This document shows, one piece after another, positions 43,211-55,752 of a stretch of 64,000 nucleotides of DNA (positions within the stretch are counted from its first letter, which is position 1; every line of letters starts with the position of its first letter). Source of the DNA: Tubiluchus corallicola (taxonomy: Eukaryota; Animalia; Priapulida); assembly GCA_030141605.1 (NCBI GenBank), contig JAQGDQ010000908.1, positions 1,029 through 65,028 of the forward strand, read 5' to 3'. The translations under genes were made by a program, and so were the position numbers. The notes beneath the pieces are model-generated. The model was given only the letters and a program-made list of their open reading frames with translations, ran no database searches and had not been told where the DNA came from.

Positions 43211-46108
43211 ATAGTAGCTACGATAGCCAAGTTATGCTGTCCATAAGCAAAGAATTCTATACTGAGACATTTAAAACCTTAAATTTATTAAAGGTAAAGA
43301 AATTTATTAAAGGACGAAAATGCTTTACATTATGCGTTCAAGGTTCAAATTCAGCATGAATTCAGAACACAAAACTGGTGGGTACAATTTTGCAAAAATT
43401 GACCAAATTTGCAACCTAAGCATTCAGAATGTTCTCAAAATTGATATACATATATCAGCAATACGTTTTTATAAGCCCATTCTACTTTTGACGCTTGCCT
43501 ATAAGTTCTACCGGACTAGATGAAATGATGCCTTATTTAGTTGGTTATTTTAAAACATTATTCGCGGTAAAATAGCATTAGAGATAGGAGTTATTTGATG
43601 GTAATATACACTGCATATATTCTAATAAGAATAAGAATACACAGGTTTTAAAATACTTCATTACAGCTTATAATTATATTCGCATTTACAATATGTTTAG
43701 CAAAACGTTAAACCACCAATTAGGGCAAGAATGCCAAATACGGTTGGACAGACAAATTCAGACAAATACGGTTGGAAATGTTTCCTTTACTTCAAGACTT
43801 CCGAAGGAAGAATGCTAGGTAGTGGGTGAATGAGGAGCATGTTTAGCTACAAAAACACATGGCTAATTGTTATACCATCACAAACATCATACCTGCTAGC
43901 TCCAAAGCAAGGAAATTGCATTCTTGTGTTATGTGCAGTCCTTGTAATTATGAACACAAATTCTAGACACCTTTATCTCCACCAATTTCTGCAATGCTAG
44001 ACTTTTTTCTGGACAGGTTAAGAAAATTTGATACTGGTTTGGTTTTTTGGTATTAATTATGCTAATACCAAGGGCACTCTGATAAAATAAAATAAAATAA
44101 AACAAAACAATAAAAGAACTTGGACATTAAATTTGATAATAGAAGTGTAACATTCAAAAATAACTAGTTGACAATGTTTCTGACGTGGCCAGAAACTTAA
44201 CATTTTGCAAACAATAGCTACAGAATTGGGCCATAAAACGGTCACAGCAATTTGCTTGAAAATCATAATTTAGATTTTGTTCAATACGCGTTGTTGCTTG
44301 ATTACGCAGCAACTGCACTTCACAACTTTCTACTTTTTAACCAATGACCCTTGTGCAAGGCCACGGCACCATTTGGCAACATACCAAATATTGTGGCCCT
44401 AACTCAAGAACTGTGGAAGAAGATAGATCCTAAAGAAAAATAAACGAAGTCCTGCATGCTCCATGTCCTTTGGCCTGGCGATTCGGGTCACAAGTTTAAC
44501 TACATAACTTTGCCCAGAAAGTGCACCCTGTGAGCTTTCTGTACATTGCCCTCGGCATGTAAAATGTCACCAATTGGGGGAAACCCCAAATTTTCCATTT
44601 TGGCCCCTTCTTCGGGCGTTTAAAGCTTGCCAGCTTTATAAAAAAACCCATGTGAAAAAAATTGACCACAGCAAAATCTTAATTACAAATTCATACAACA
44701 AATCAGTAACAATATTTAAAAAAACCGTTAGCATAATCACGAGCCTATACACGTATACATATATATCACAAATAAAAAAACGTTTCAAATATAGTCATAC
44801 AGCAGAGCACAATAAATAATCCAATCAGGCTAACATTCTCATACAACTGAAAAGAAAATCAGATTATCATTAAAGAAACAGTCATCATTAGGAAGAAAGA
44901 AAAATATAATTACTCTTAGCTTGTACAACCTTTACAACAACAAAAAGCTAACGTATCTGTCACGTCTCTGTAGATTGTCAAAGAGAAACAGGATTACCAG
45001 ACATTTATATGAGAATACTGTAGAAAACGAGTTAAAGTATTTTAAGCAGAATAGACAAGCCTACATGATACTGTAGGGGTGTTGCTAGTACAGTATTGAG
45101 GCGAAGCACGTGATATAAAATGAAACCACAATATATGGAAAGTTAACTGTAGCAATACCGCAAGGGAAGTTAATTCCTAGCACACCACTAAACTAATGGG
45201 ACAAAGTAGTTATTATTTTAAGGCACTTGGGAAATCGTGAACACGATTCGCGACAATCTCATTTTGACTCATGATTTGTAAGCCAATCTTTGAGAGTCCA
45301 ATCAGATCAATTTCAATCCCGTGCTCGATTCCAGGCACGACATTCTTTTCAGCATGCTGAATGGTGTGCAAGGTTCAATAAGTAGCATACTTACTTCCAT
45401 AAGTAGCCATTTAAACCCGTTTTTGGTTTTTACATCTTCATTAAAATAAATAAGCCAAATTTTTTATTTAACATTGTGTAGCTGTTTCAGCTATATCAAT
45501 AGGATTTTCTCTAGTTGATTCATTTTGCACCTCTTGGAACAATTTTAAGTTTTATCTTAATTAAATCAGCTGTACGTTTAATTTAATTTTTTCCAAAGTA
45601 ATTTCTTTTTCCTTAATTAAATATCAAGTTTGATCTTTTTCATTATAAATAATTAATAATTGCTCTCATCGGTTTTTACCTTTTTGATTATTTAAATTAA
45701 ATTTTGTTTTCCTTTGGCTACTTAAACTGATTTTGTTTGACATTCGCAAATTTATTTTTAGTTGTTTGGATGTTAATGCAAGTATTGATTAAACGTTTTG
45801 CGCAATTCTTCAATTAGTATTTCGTTTAGTAACTCCTTTGGTTTTAGTGAATTACAGTCAGTTTTGTTCATGTGCATTACCCTTCCGATTTGTAGTTACT
45901 CTTGGCCAGTTACGTGAACCTTGTGTTTTCTTCATTATTGTGGCGATTTTGTATAAGCATAACTATAATGTAGAATTAAAGTTAAAAACGTTTGCGCTAC
46001 ATCTTGCATATAGTGTGTTTTATAATGCTTTCGGGCACATTCGGAAAAGAACAAGCTGCTAATATTGTTTGTAATCTTCTTTGTTCTTTGAAAAAATTGC
46101 GTAAAAAC

Positions 46109-47068
46109 ATGAACTGCTCTCAATCAAAATTCTGCTTTATTTTAAGTTTTATTTGTATTATCGTCAGTTTAAGCTTGATACATTTTCTGAAGCAAGTGAC
46201 GTTAATTAACGGTTTCTTCAAAAATAAATCTGAAGTGTGTAATTTTTGTGATTTTATTGTCAGTTCAAGTGATTTATTAAAAATTCAGTATGGAACTTTG
46301 GCTGCTGATGATAAGCAGTTGTTGGAACACATTAGAAATTGGTGGATTATAGGACCATCTGAGCATCCTGTAACTGGAACTGTCACTGATAATTCACAAA
46401 TACAGCAGTCAACCATCGTAGACAAATTACTCAATCAAAGACAACATGGATTTTACGTAGAATGTGGCGCAGCAGATGGACATCTCTCCAATTCAATATT
46501 TTTTGAAAGAAACCGTGGATGGAAAGGGTTATTGATAGAACCTAATCCGTTATTGTTTAAGAAGTTATTGGAAAGGAACCGCAATGCATATCACATAAAC
46601 GCTTGTTTAAGTACAAAAAATACTGCAGAGAAATTAAAATTTGCCATGGCTGGCTTGCTAGGTGGCCTGACTGAGACAATGGACTCTGATCGGCAAAGTA
46701 GATTGACGCGTAAGACCAATGCCACCGGGCTTCAAGTTACAGTAGTACAATGTTTTCCACTCTATTCTATGATGCTTGCACTTGGACAAACTCACATTGA
46801 TTATTTATCTCTAGATGTTGAAGGAGCAGAACTTGACGTATTAAAAACAATACCATTTGAAAAGCTTACCATAGATACTCTGACCATTGAATACCGCTCT
46901 ACTAATGGGGCTCATATTTGTAAGGAAAATACTTTAGCAAAGTTAAAATATATACGTAAATTCATGGAAACAACAAAGCTTTATCGGGAAGTTTCCTTAT
47001 TACCCAATCGAAAGGACGAACTTAGTCAAGATATCGTGTTCATGCGCCATGATACAAAGCCTTCTTAG
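46109..47068 (+). CDS. FkbM-family (Methyltransf_21) methyltransferase, Star-like type II membrane protein
   Basis: First in-frame ATG at 46109 followed by a TM segment (FCFILSFICIIVSLSLI). Motifs GFYVECGAADG..SNSIFFE...GWKGLLIEPNP, CFPLYS...ALG..HIDYLSLDVEGAELDVLKTIPF and LTIEY. Confidence 0.9.
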   Translation: MNCSQSKFCFILSFICIIVSLSLIHFLKQVTLINGFFKNKSEVCNFCDFIVSSSDLLKIQYGTLAADDKQLLEHIRNWWIIGPSEHPVTGTVTDNSQIQQSTIVDKLLNQRQHGFYVECGAADGHLSNSIFFERNRGWKGLLIEPNPLLFKKLLERNRNAYHINACLSTKNTAEKLKFAMAGLLGGLTETMDSDRQSRLTRKTNATGLQVTVVQCFPLYSMMLALGQTHIDYLSLDVEGAELDVLKTIPFEKLTIDTLTIEYRSTNGAHICKENTLAKLKYIRKFMETTKLYREVSLLPNRKDELSQDIVFMRHDTKPS

Positions 47069-48089
47069 AATTAGCCCAGGCTCACTTTCAAATGAAAATC
47101 GGCATTTTGCCTCTACTGTGCGGGTGCGGCAGGAAAAGCACAGAAGAAAAAACACTTTTGTCAGTTTTTAATCACAAGCTCTTTGGACACGTTTGGTAAT
47201 CTTCTTAAATGAGCAGCAAGAATTCACAGATACAAGTACAGCCACTTTGCATTATCGTCCTCCCTCCAAATATGTTGTTAAAGTTTCTTGTCAAAAGATT
47301 GTTTCAGGATCTTTGTAAAAAAGTCGCTGAAGTCTCCTACAATGATTCGACGGTAAACAAATTAGAATAACCATAAAATATAAGAGCAGATTTTTCAGAA
47401 ATAAGCGTTTTGCTAAAAATACAATGAATTGGCGTTTTATAGCCAACACAATCTGGCTTCTTTGCCGGCTTCCTTTGATTTTGATTGTAGGTATGTATCT
47501 CCTTTGATTTAGATTGTACAGATGTATCTCTTTTGATTTAGATTGTAGGGATATATCTATCAATGCACATGTGTAGGTGTCACATCGCTAGTTCTTAGTA
47601 TAAATTTGAACAACTTGTCTGGAAAGCTCACTTGGAGTTATTAACCAAGGTCACTTTTTAAACGGGTATTTAAGAAAGCTGGTCTGTCTGCTTATAACAA
47701 GCATTCTTACACATAATACACGCCGACATTCTGCAAAATGTTTTACAGGGTTTAAACCCTATGTTTTGTGTTAAAGTGTTGATACTTGAAGTGCTTGAAG
47801 CGTTTGATTTAATTAAATCAAAGTCTGAACACTTATGACCTGAAACTGTTTTTATTTTATTCACACCTAATAGTAAAATACAGTCTACAATAAAAAACAA
47901 TATAATATAAAACACGTTGGCAAAAAGCATACAAATAAGATGTGGTAAACGCACAAAGAGATTAACTGCACTCATGTGTCCATTGTTTACAATTTATGCA
48001 AGTTAACTTTATATTAGCGTCTTTAAATAACTTAATATTTTGTGCAGTTACGAGGGGTGCACTATCAATATATGCAAGCAATGAGTTAT

Positions 48090-49160
48090 AAATAGGTACA
48101 ACTCGATTTGAGGAAAATTAGCCAAATCATACTTTAGCAGTTCGACGCACGAAAAGCTTCAGAGAATGATTTTGACTTGTTCTATTGCAAGATACACGGG
48201 TAAAAAATTTGTCAGTCAACATCAACTTCTCTATGAATAATTTGGTAGCATAAAGCTAAATCTTTTTGAATGCAACTCTCCTCTGAATACTTTACATGTA
48301 GAATCTCCAGACGCTTAGGATATGGCATTTACATTAAACTACATCTATAAAACTAACGTCGAATAAAGTGATATCACTGTACACTTTCTATGCGGCTAAC
48401 ATTACCCATTAAAGCTGGATTCCAGATCGGCGAGCAATACTCTACAATAGGTCTCATGTAAAATATGAACGATTTTAACAATATGTCTTTGTCGTCAGTA
48501 GAAAACATTCTAAGTAACATATTTGTAATTCTATTGGGTTTAGTAACCACCTCAATGCATTTGTTTGTCCCTCTCATGTCATGAGATATTATAATACCAA
48601 GATCACGCACATTTGTTTCGATGGGTAAATAAGAGTCAAGAAAGAGATCTTCATGGCCTGGATTAGCATTTCCAATATGTATAACATTGCATTTCGGTGT
48701 GGATATAACTAGTTGTCACTCATTGGCCCATAAGCTAATTGAATCCAGGGCTGATTAAAGATCAATATTTTGACTTGACCAAAAACTTTGACAGAGTTTT
48801 ACATCATCTGCAAATAACTTTACTGTTGTAGCATCAATGAAATCAGTTAAATCATTAATAAAACATAAAAACAAAAAACTGTGCAAGAACACTTCCCCTG
48901 GAACACACAAGATGTTACACATACATATTCAGATACATTATTACCAATAGCAACACGTCGTTTCCTATCATTCAATAAAGCTTCAATCCATTTCAAACGA
49001 TGTCCTACAATGCCATCTGGTTGTAATTTCAAAATTAGTTTGGGATGGGAAATAAGAGTAAAAGCATGCAGTAAGTGAAAAAACAAATCCTGTAAGTCAA
49101 ATAAATTGAGCATAACTGCGTTGTTACACTGTGGCCACATTTTGATCATTTGCAAGCTAG
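48090..49160 (-). mobile_element. Degenerate CR1/L2-type LINE reverse transcriptase 3' part
   Basis: Fragments LKWIEALLNDRKRRVAI, LFADDVKL, RDLGIII and YMRPIVEYCSPIWNP. Confidence 0.85.
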
Positions 49161-49764
49161 TTTGTTTTTAGATGCAGAAACTCTTGTGTTCGAACAATAG
49201 ATATGCTATTATTAGGGCTGAAAGCACATCCAGACAGCCACGAAGAATTTGGAGGAATTCAGGTTCCTGCAGTTAGCGTGGAGCAATGCAGGCAACCAGC
49301 TAGCGGGTCTTTTTTGTATTCTCTCGTATTTAAGGTTATTTTGGAGGCCTCAAATGAGCTGTAAATTCTGGTACTCAGCCTTCCTCAAACGAGAAAATAT
49401 GCTTATAATAAATCAATATTTAGGCAATCTTATCTATAACTTTTGCAGATAACTTTTATCTATAACGTAGAGAACAAATTATAGCTATTTGAAATTCAGC
49501 GGCTTTATGGACGAAGAAAAAATTGTGGCCTCATTCCGTTTCTGTTGTCCAGGGCTTACCTAAATTACTTGATAATATATTCATAAAACCAAGTTTTAAC
49601 CTACTTGAAAACCACTAATTTACGGATTTGTTATAATCAGAAAGCTAGAAATAAGCAGATGCAAATAACTGTTGGCTAATAGCCGTTGAAATGTCGATCT
49701 TACATGAAAGACTGGTGCAGCTCATTCATTCAAATGAATGACACTTCTGCAGCACTTGGCTAAT

Positions 49765-49766
<2 letters not shown>

Positions 49767-49836
<70 letters not shown>

Positions 49837-49904
49837 ACTATTATTATTATTATCATCATCATCATCATCATTATCATCACCATCGTCATCGTCATCATCA
49901 TCAT
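49767..49904. repeat. (TAT)n/(CAT)n compound microsatellite
   Basis: Visible directly in the sequence. Confidence 0.95.
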
Positions 49905-50279
49905 CACAGAGCGAAAACTGTTTTGTGCATAAACCCATAATGACAAACTACTATATCACATCTACATCACATTACCACACCACACACAACATACCACTCA
50001 CAGCACACCACCTGCAACACACCGCGCTAATCTCATCAGCCACATCACATCATTAGTACCACTCCTCATCAGCCAGGCCACACTACAACACAACACTCAC
50101 AATACATCAAATTGCCCGCATTACACCACAAGCTCCAGCCACCTTCAGTTCCCTTTTTCACTCTTATTTAAATGGATATCCCTTACGGTTCTCTCTAACC
50201 TATTAATGGCCTTGTTGTAAGCCTTTTCATTTAACTTTTTACTCGAAATAGTCACTCGAAATAAAGTTTAACTTTACTT

Positions 50280-50443
50280 TTCATTTGCAAGAAATTGCAT
50301 CCTGGAGACAGGACAAATTTATATTTGCATTTGCAAGAAATTGCATCCTGAAGATAGGACAAATTTATATTTTCAGTTGCAAGAAATTGCATCCTGGAGA
50401 TAGGACAAATTTATATTTTCATTTGCAAGAAATTGCATCCTGG
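50280..50443. repeat. 46-bp minisatellite, about 3.5 copies
   Basis: Unit catttgcaagaaattgcatcctggagataggacaaatttatattt(t); copies begin at 50282 and 50328 and continue. Confidence 0.85.
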
Positions 50444-50819
50444 GCAGACAGATCTGTAAGATAATTTGAATATGATTCGAACAATGATATGCTATTTTGT
50501 ATTAATAGCGGAATGAGAAAAAAAGGAAATGTGAAATGTATATTATGTATATTTGTGAGAAATTGCATCCCTGGAGAGGAGTAGAATATGATTCGAACGT
50601 TGACATGCTGTTTTGCCTTAACAGCGAAAAGAATGGAACTCAGTTTTCCTCAAGCAGGTGAAAATGAAAAAAAAGCTGGCCCATTCTATTAAAATGTTTT
50701 GTTTTTCTTTTAAACAACACAGAAGGAAATGTATATTATGTATATTTGTGAGAAATTGCATCCCTTTGACAATATTCGCTGAATGCTGAATATTTTCTTG
50801 AACAAAATTTACACTTAGA

Positions 50820-51600
50820 CTCACAAGACCTGCTGTGAGAGCATCTGCATTGTATTCTGCATTTTTGCCAGACCTGTGCTCTATGGAATAATCATGCTGG
50901 TCAAGCTTTCTCAGCCAGCGGGCCAGCTGACCTTTGGCTTTTTCAAAGATCAAAGCCAATGCAAGGCATCATGATTTGTCCCTATTAAAAACTGGCACTT
51001 GAAAAGTAGTGATGAAATGTTTCACTGCCTTTATTACTTCTAATAGCTCGTGCCATTTAGCACAGTAATTTTGCTCTGCTGGCGAAGGAGCCTAGCAAGT
51101 GCCAACAAATTTTTTAGATGCTCAAATAAACGCTGTTTGCTAGTTTGCCAAACAAAAGATGCATAAGTTGATAAAGAGGTCTAAATACAGCACTACTTTT
51201 TGGACGAGTATGCACTTTTTCGTATTAAGTTTAAGACCAGCTCAGCGGAACTGCTCTAAAACTTCTTGAAGTCGTAATTAATTTTCATTAAACAATGACA
51301 TCGTCTAGATAAATTAAAAGTACGCCCATGACGTCTTGCCAGGACTTGTTCCATTAAGCGTTCAAAGGTCGCCGGCGCGTTTGATAAGCCAAAAGGCATA
51401 GATTTAAATTGCAAAGGTCTTGGTGTGTAATAAATGCTGTTTTTTCTTTATCTTCTGGTGCCAATTCCACGTGGTGGTATGTGGGACATGCAAATGAAAA
51501 TATGACGGATGGAGAGGACGAGTAATACTGTGATGCTGTTGGTCCGATTTATTCTGAGCCTTTGGATTCTGGTCAGATCTTTTTCTGTAGTTAGTTAATG
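50820..51600 (-). mobile_element. Degenerate Ty3/Gypsy pol remnant (RT-RNase H)
   Basis: Fragments [43 protein letters not shown]...ELL.VIKAVKHF and LARWL...DYSIEHRSGK...ADAL. Confidence 0.9.
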
Positions 51601-53639
51601 TTGCAGGTTTTCTATCTGGCTGCCCAGAAGATGGGTATTGCTTTGCAAAATGGCCATTGTAATGACGGCGTTCCTCGTGGGTGATAGTAATTAGTAACTT
51701 ATGCAATACGAGAATGAAGCGCACTTAACTTTGGTAACGTAGCGAGACTAATACTAAGGCTTTTGAAATGCGGAGTTGTCCTTGTGGTTTATGTGTACCT
51801 GTTTCTGAATACAAAGTTTACTAAAAGACTAATTAACATTTCAATGCTTTTATTCTACTAACAGACAATATGAGTGAATCAAGAGAAAAAGAAAAAAAAT
51901 ACATTACAATAGTTAAGGATGGCCATTTCAAGAATTACAGCACGAGTTCTTGGTACCAAACAGTAACCTAATAGTAACTGCAGTTTTCACTGTCCATAAG
52001 AGTTTGTGCACAAGATATCACCAATTTGAGTAATCACTATTGAGCTCAAAAGTAAACTGTTACTTATCTCTGGAGTGAGCGCTCACTACGTCAGTCCATT
52101 GGCAATCACTGGGGTACTCCATGGAAGGGATACCATCTCCAAAACATCGCATACCACGCTCGACAGTACTAGGTGCCGGTCCTCCACACCCTGACAACAA
52201 GGGCTGGGTTGCTTATACTGTGTAGAAGGCTCAAAGTTGGTCTTTACTCCACTCAATTGCATTACAACACATTGTCCATTAGGATAGTATTACACCATTT
52301 ACAACTGTCCAGGCTTTTTCACAATAAAACACCAGTTCAGCCATTTTCAACAGATAAATTTTAAGTTTGTCCTCAAAGGTATAAACCCAACATTTTAACA
52401 GCTCTCATTTTCCAGACCATTCTACCCACTTCTCAATATCAAAAGCACATTTTCCTGTTACTGGAACAGTTCACTACATTCTAGGTAGTTTTATACTTTA
52501 GACAGGTAACTGTAACACTATATAGGCTGAATGAGAAAGCAAAACACCCCTGTAATAAAATAAACAAGGCCGAAGCCAACACACTTTCAAAATGACCTGC
52601 ATAACACTGACATGTAGGTTACATGTGGGGCAGATATAGTTCATGGGAGCCTGGTACATTATTACAACAACAGCCATAAAAAATAAAGTAAACAATGCAG
52701 GTAGCTTCCTTATACAAAATCAAACTAAGTTAGGCCTCTTCAATCGAACAAAACATTTATCATTGAACAAATTGCATAATATAATGTACATAGGTGGTTG
52801 CTTGTAATGTGCAAGAACACACTTTAGCCAAGGGGTGGACCTAGTCTGGTCCATCACAGCCATGACCTCTACAATTACAGCTCACGAAATTGCCAGTTCT
52901 CGAAAAATTTGATCCTTAATCAAACACAGGTTTTTTCTACTCTTTTTTGAAAGTGGTATTACCAGTCTTTTTTATGACTTAAATTTTTATGACTTTATTT
53001 ACTCGCTCCTCCCTGATTTTGTTATGGAAATTCATATAATTTCATTAAGGGACTCATCCAGCTTGTAGCTTGAATTTAATGAGTTGGAAAAGTGAAACCG
53101 ACAAACTGAGATGTCGCAAGTTAAGTTCAAGAGTTTAGATTTAATAAGCAGAATTGTCGCAATGTAGTGAAACTGACAGGTTCAGAATTCAAAGAGGCGC
53201 TGTTTACTAGCAGCGTGCACGCCAATTAGAAAACAAGAGAATAAGGTCAGTAGTAACCGTTTGTCACGTGCCGAGGAAGAAATCAAAAGCGGCAAATCCA
53301 GTAGCAGCAATTATTGATCATAAAGTTAGAAATCGAAAGTATTATCCGCTGTCCAGGAGGTAAGATGGCCCGAGATGGTGCAATACTCAATATTTGCTTT
53401 ATAAGCTTGAAGAAAGTTCAAGCCACACACACAACGAGGGAGAGTCACACACACAACGAAGGAGAGTCACAGAGATGACGTGGAGGAGAGACTGACAGTG
53501 GTTGCCGATACATTGTTGTTGTGTCTGAGGCATATTCTGCAAGACGTCAGAAATATCGTTAGTCCAGTGTTGGGAATAAATTTATAAATCGATAATTTGG
53601 TAATAAATCTCATGCCTCCCTGATTTTATAAAATAAATT

Positions 53640-55089
53640 TATTGATCGATATAAGAACTCATCTGCCCAGGAAGAGCCGTAGTAGGCTTGAGGAGGCCGC
53701 AGGAAAACTATTAGGCTCCCAACGGGTCGTCTCCCCCGTCAGGAGCCAACCTTTTGTAACGGAGATAAGCAGCGTTGTAAATAATAAAATTGTGAATAAA
53801 GATAGTGTATGCAATAATTGTAGTAATATGACTAGCAATAAAAAGGGCAGTGATGCGCATAGAGGGTGCCAATGTAATTTAAGGGTGTCAAGTGTGAATA
53901 GGGATAATTGGGACGCAGTGTGTGCGTTCCGAACTCACAGCTCAACAGGCTGGCAGGAACCATTGGTTACCCAGCCGACCTGTTTGGTTGAATTAAATGG
54001 TAGGCCTACACTTATGCTGATCGACACGGGTGCAGCGACCTCATGTGTGTCGTTAGCATTATATAAATGTCTAGGAATGGGACCTTGTAAAGCAAGTAGC
54101 GTGACTTTGAAGGATGCCTCAGGCACAGTCATGCCGGTAATTGGGTCAAGAGATATTGAAATTTTAGTGACAGCAAAGTTAGAATTAAGTATCAAATCGT
54201 CCGAGTGCAGCAGAATGCCATTTTAGGCATTGATGCACTTCAAGCAATGAATGCCTCGTTAGATTGTGGTAGGAAATTGATGATTATTGGTAAAAAGGCC
54301 TACCTTCTTGCTTTAGATCGAGTGAGTGAGAAAGAACTCGATGTTCTTCTCGCCGATGAGAACACTCTAATCCCCTGTAACAGTGAGGTAGTGATGCGTA
54401 CTCGGATTAAGAGGGATAGGCCAAATGGACAACTCCTGTGTGTGGAGATGGCCGAACATGCGCACGTGTTTAAGAATCGCCCGGACGTTGGGTTCGAGGC
54501 CGGTTTAGTGGATGTAGAAGAAGGGCATAGGAGCTCAGTACTCATACGAAATAATTCATGTAGGCCCATAAGAATTAGGAAGAATTGCGTGATTGGCACC
54601 GCGCAAGAAACTATCGTATTGAACGTACATGCAATAGCGCTAGCAAATAAGTGGAACAATAAAAGCGGCTCGAGAAAAAATTATGGCGTAACTAGTCAAC
54701 GAAGGTTTCGAGATGATAACCTTCACTGCATGCCCGCACGGAACAAGGGGATTCTGCAGGTTCCCCAGGTCCCTAATGACCGACGATTAGTGGTGAATGC
54801 GATGACTCGCGGCAAGATGCATAATGATAGAGTGCGCAGTAGGGCAGCAGGTAATTATCCACAAGAATGTGGACTTAAAGTTCAGTACGATGATAGGGGC
54901 GGAATGTTTATGGAACTCCGGGATATAGAAGGCCCCTCGCCAAGCGTTTCAGGCCGTTTCAGAGCTGAACGTGTATCAGAACCCGAAATCTCACAAGAAG
55001 GAGAAGATCTTAGTAGGAGGGGCCAGGAGGGGTCAACTCCTGTGCTTACCTCTTTGCCAGGGGCAACGTTAAGTCAAGGGCAATGTTAA
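53640..55089 (+). mobile_element. Gypsy-type aspartic protease plus downstream beta-rich (dUTPase-like) region; same family as 8397-10555; no RT follows
   Basis: VELNGRPTLMLIDTGAATSC...AILGIDAL with a frameshift near 54168. This is followed by ENTLIPCNSEVV...GLVDV....VLIRNNS.RPIRIRKN..IGTA. A purine-rich tract then TGT occurs at 55084. Confidence 0.75.
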
Positions 55090-55752
55090 GCACATACACG
55101 TTTCCCTACCTATTAAATTTGGTCTTGCCCCTTTAACTGTCATCAGTCATGTGACCAGGTAGTTGGCCAGGTAGACATTACCTGACATGCAATTCAATTG
55201 ATATGATGTGAATGTTGTTGTTGATTTCTTATTGTTTTTTCTTGCAAGTTATAAGTGCCAAAACTCAGGGAGACCACATGTAAGTGTCTAATTATGTTTA
55301 TTGAACAACTTTATGCTATTAGAACAATTTAGCTGTCATTTTTTTGTACAATTATAGACGATAATCACGTTAGCTAATTTCGTAATGTACCTTTATCAAA
55401 CTTATGTTTTTCATTAAAAACTTATTGCTGTAATTTATTATTACAGATAAAACGACAATTGCTGCATGTTAAACATTTGATGTTCTGGAGTTTAAATGTA
55501 GTACAGTTTTATATGCCTCGCCGGGAGTTTCATGTTGCCATTAAGCAGTGACCTTGGTTCAGGCGCAGGAAGTTTGACATGCTTACCTGATAGCTTTGCT
55601 CATTATGGGTTTCTACAGCGTAGCTGGTTTCTACAGGTAAAGCTGCATGAACTCTGTGAACTTGGACGCGTCAGCTAATGGGCAATAGATGGCGCTTCGG
55701 TATTGAAAGGTGATCCTAAAATTTTTAAAGAGCAATTTAATTTCAATTGAAA

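Noticed and set aside
45992-46108. Extended TTG-started N-terminus of the FkbM ORF
   Set aside because: This is a eukaryotic gene and the first ATG (46109) directly precedes the TM anchor. An upstream exon is not excluded.
49722-49946. Poly-I / poly-N / poly-D ORFs
   Set aside because: Microsatellite translation.
51780-52900. Possible LTR next to the Gypsy RT remnant
   Set aside because: It has LTR-like signals, but no convincing paired termini, PBS or second copy could be identified.
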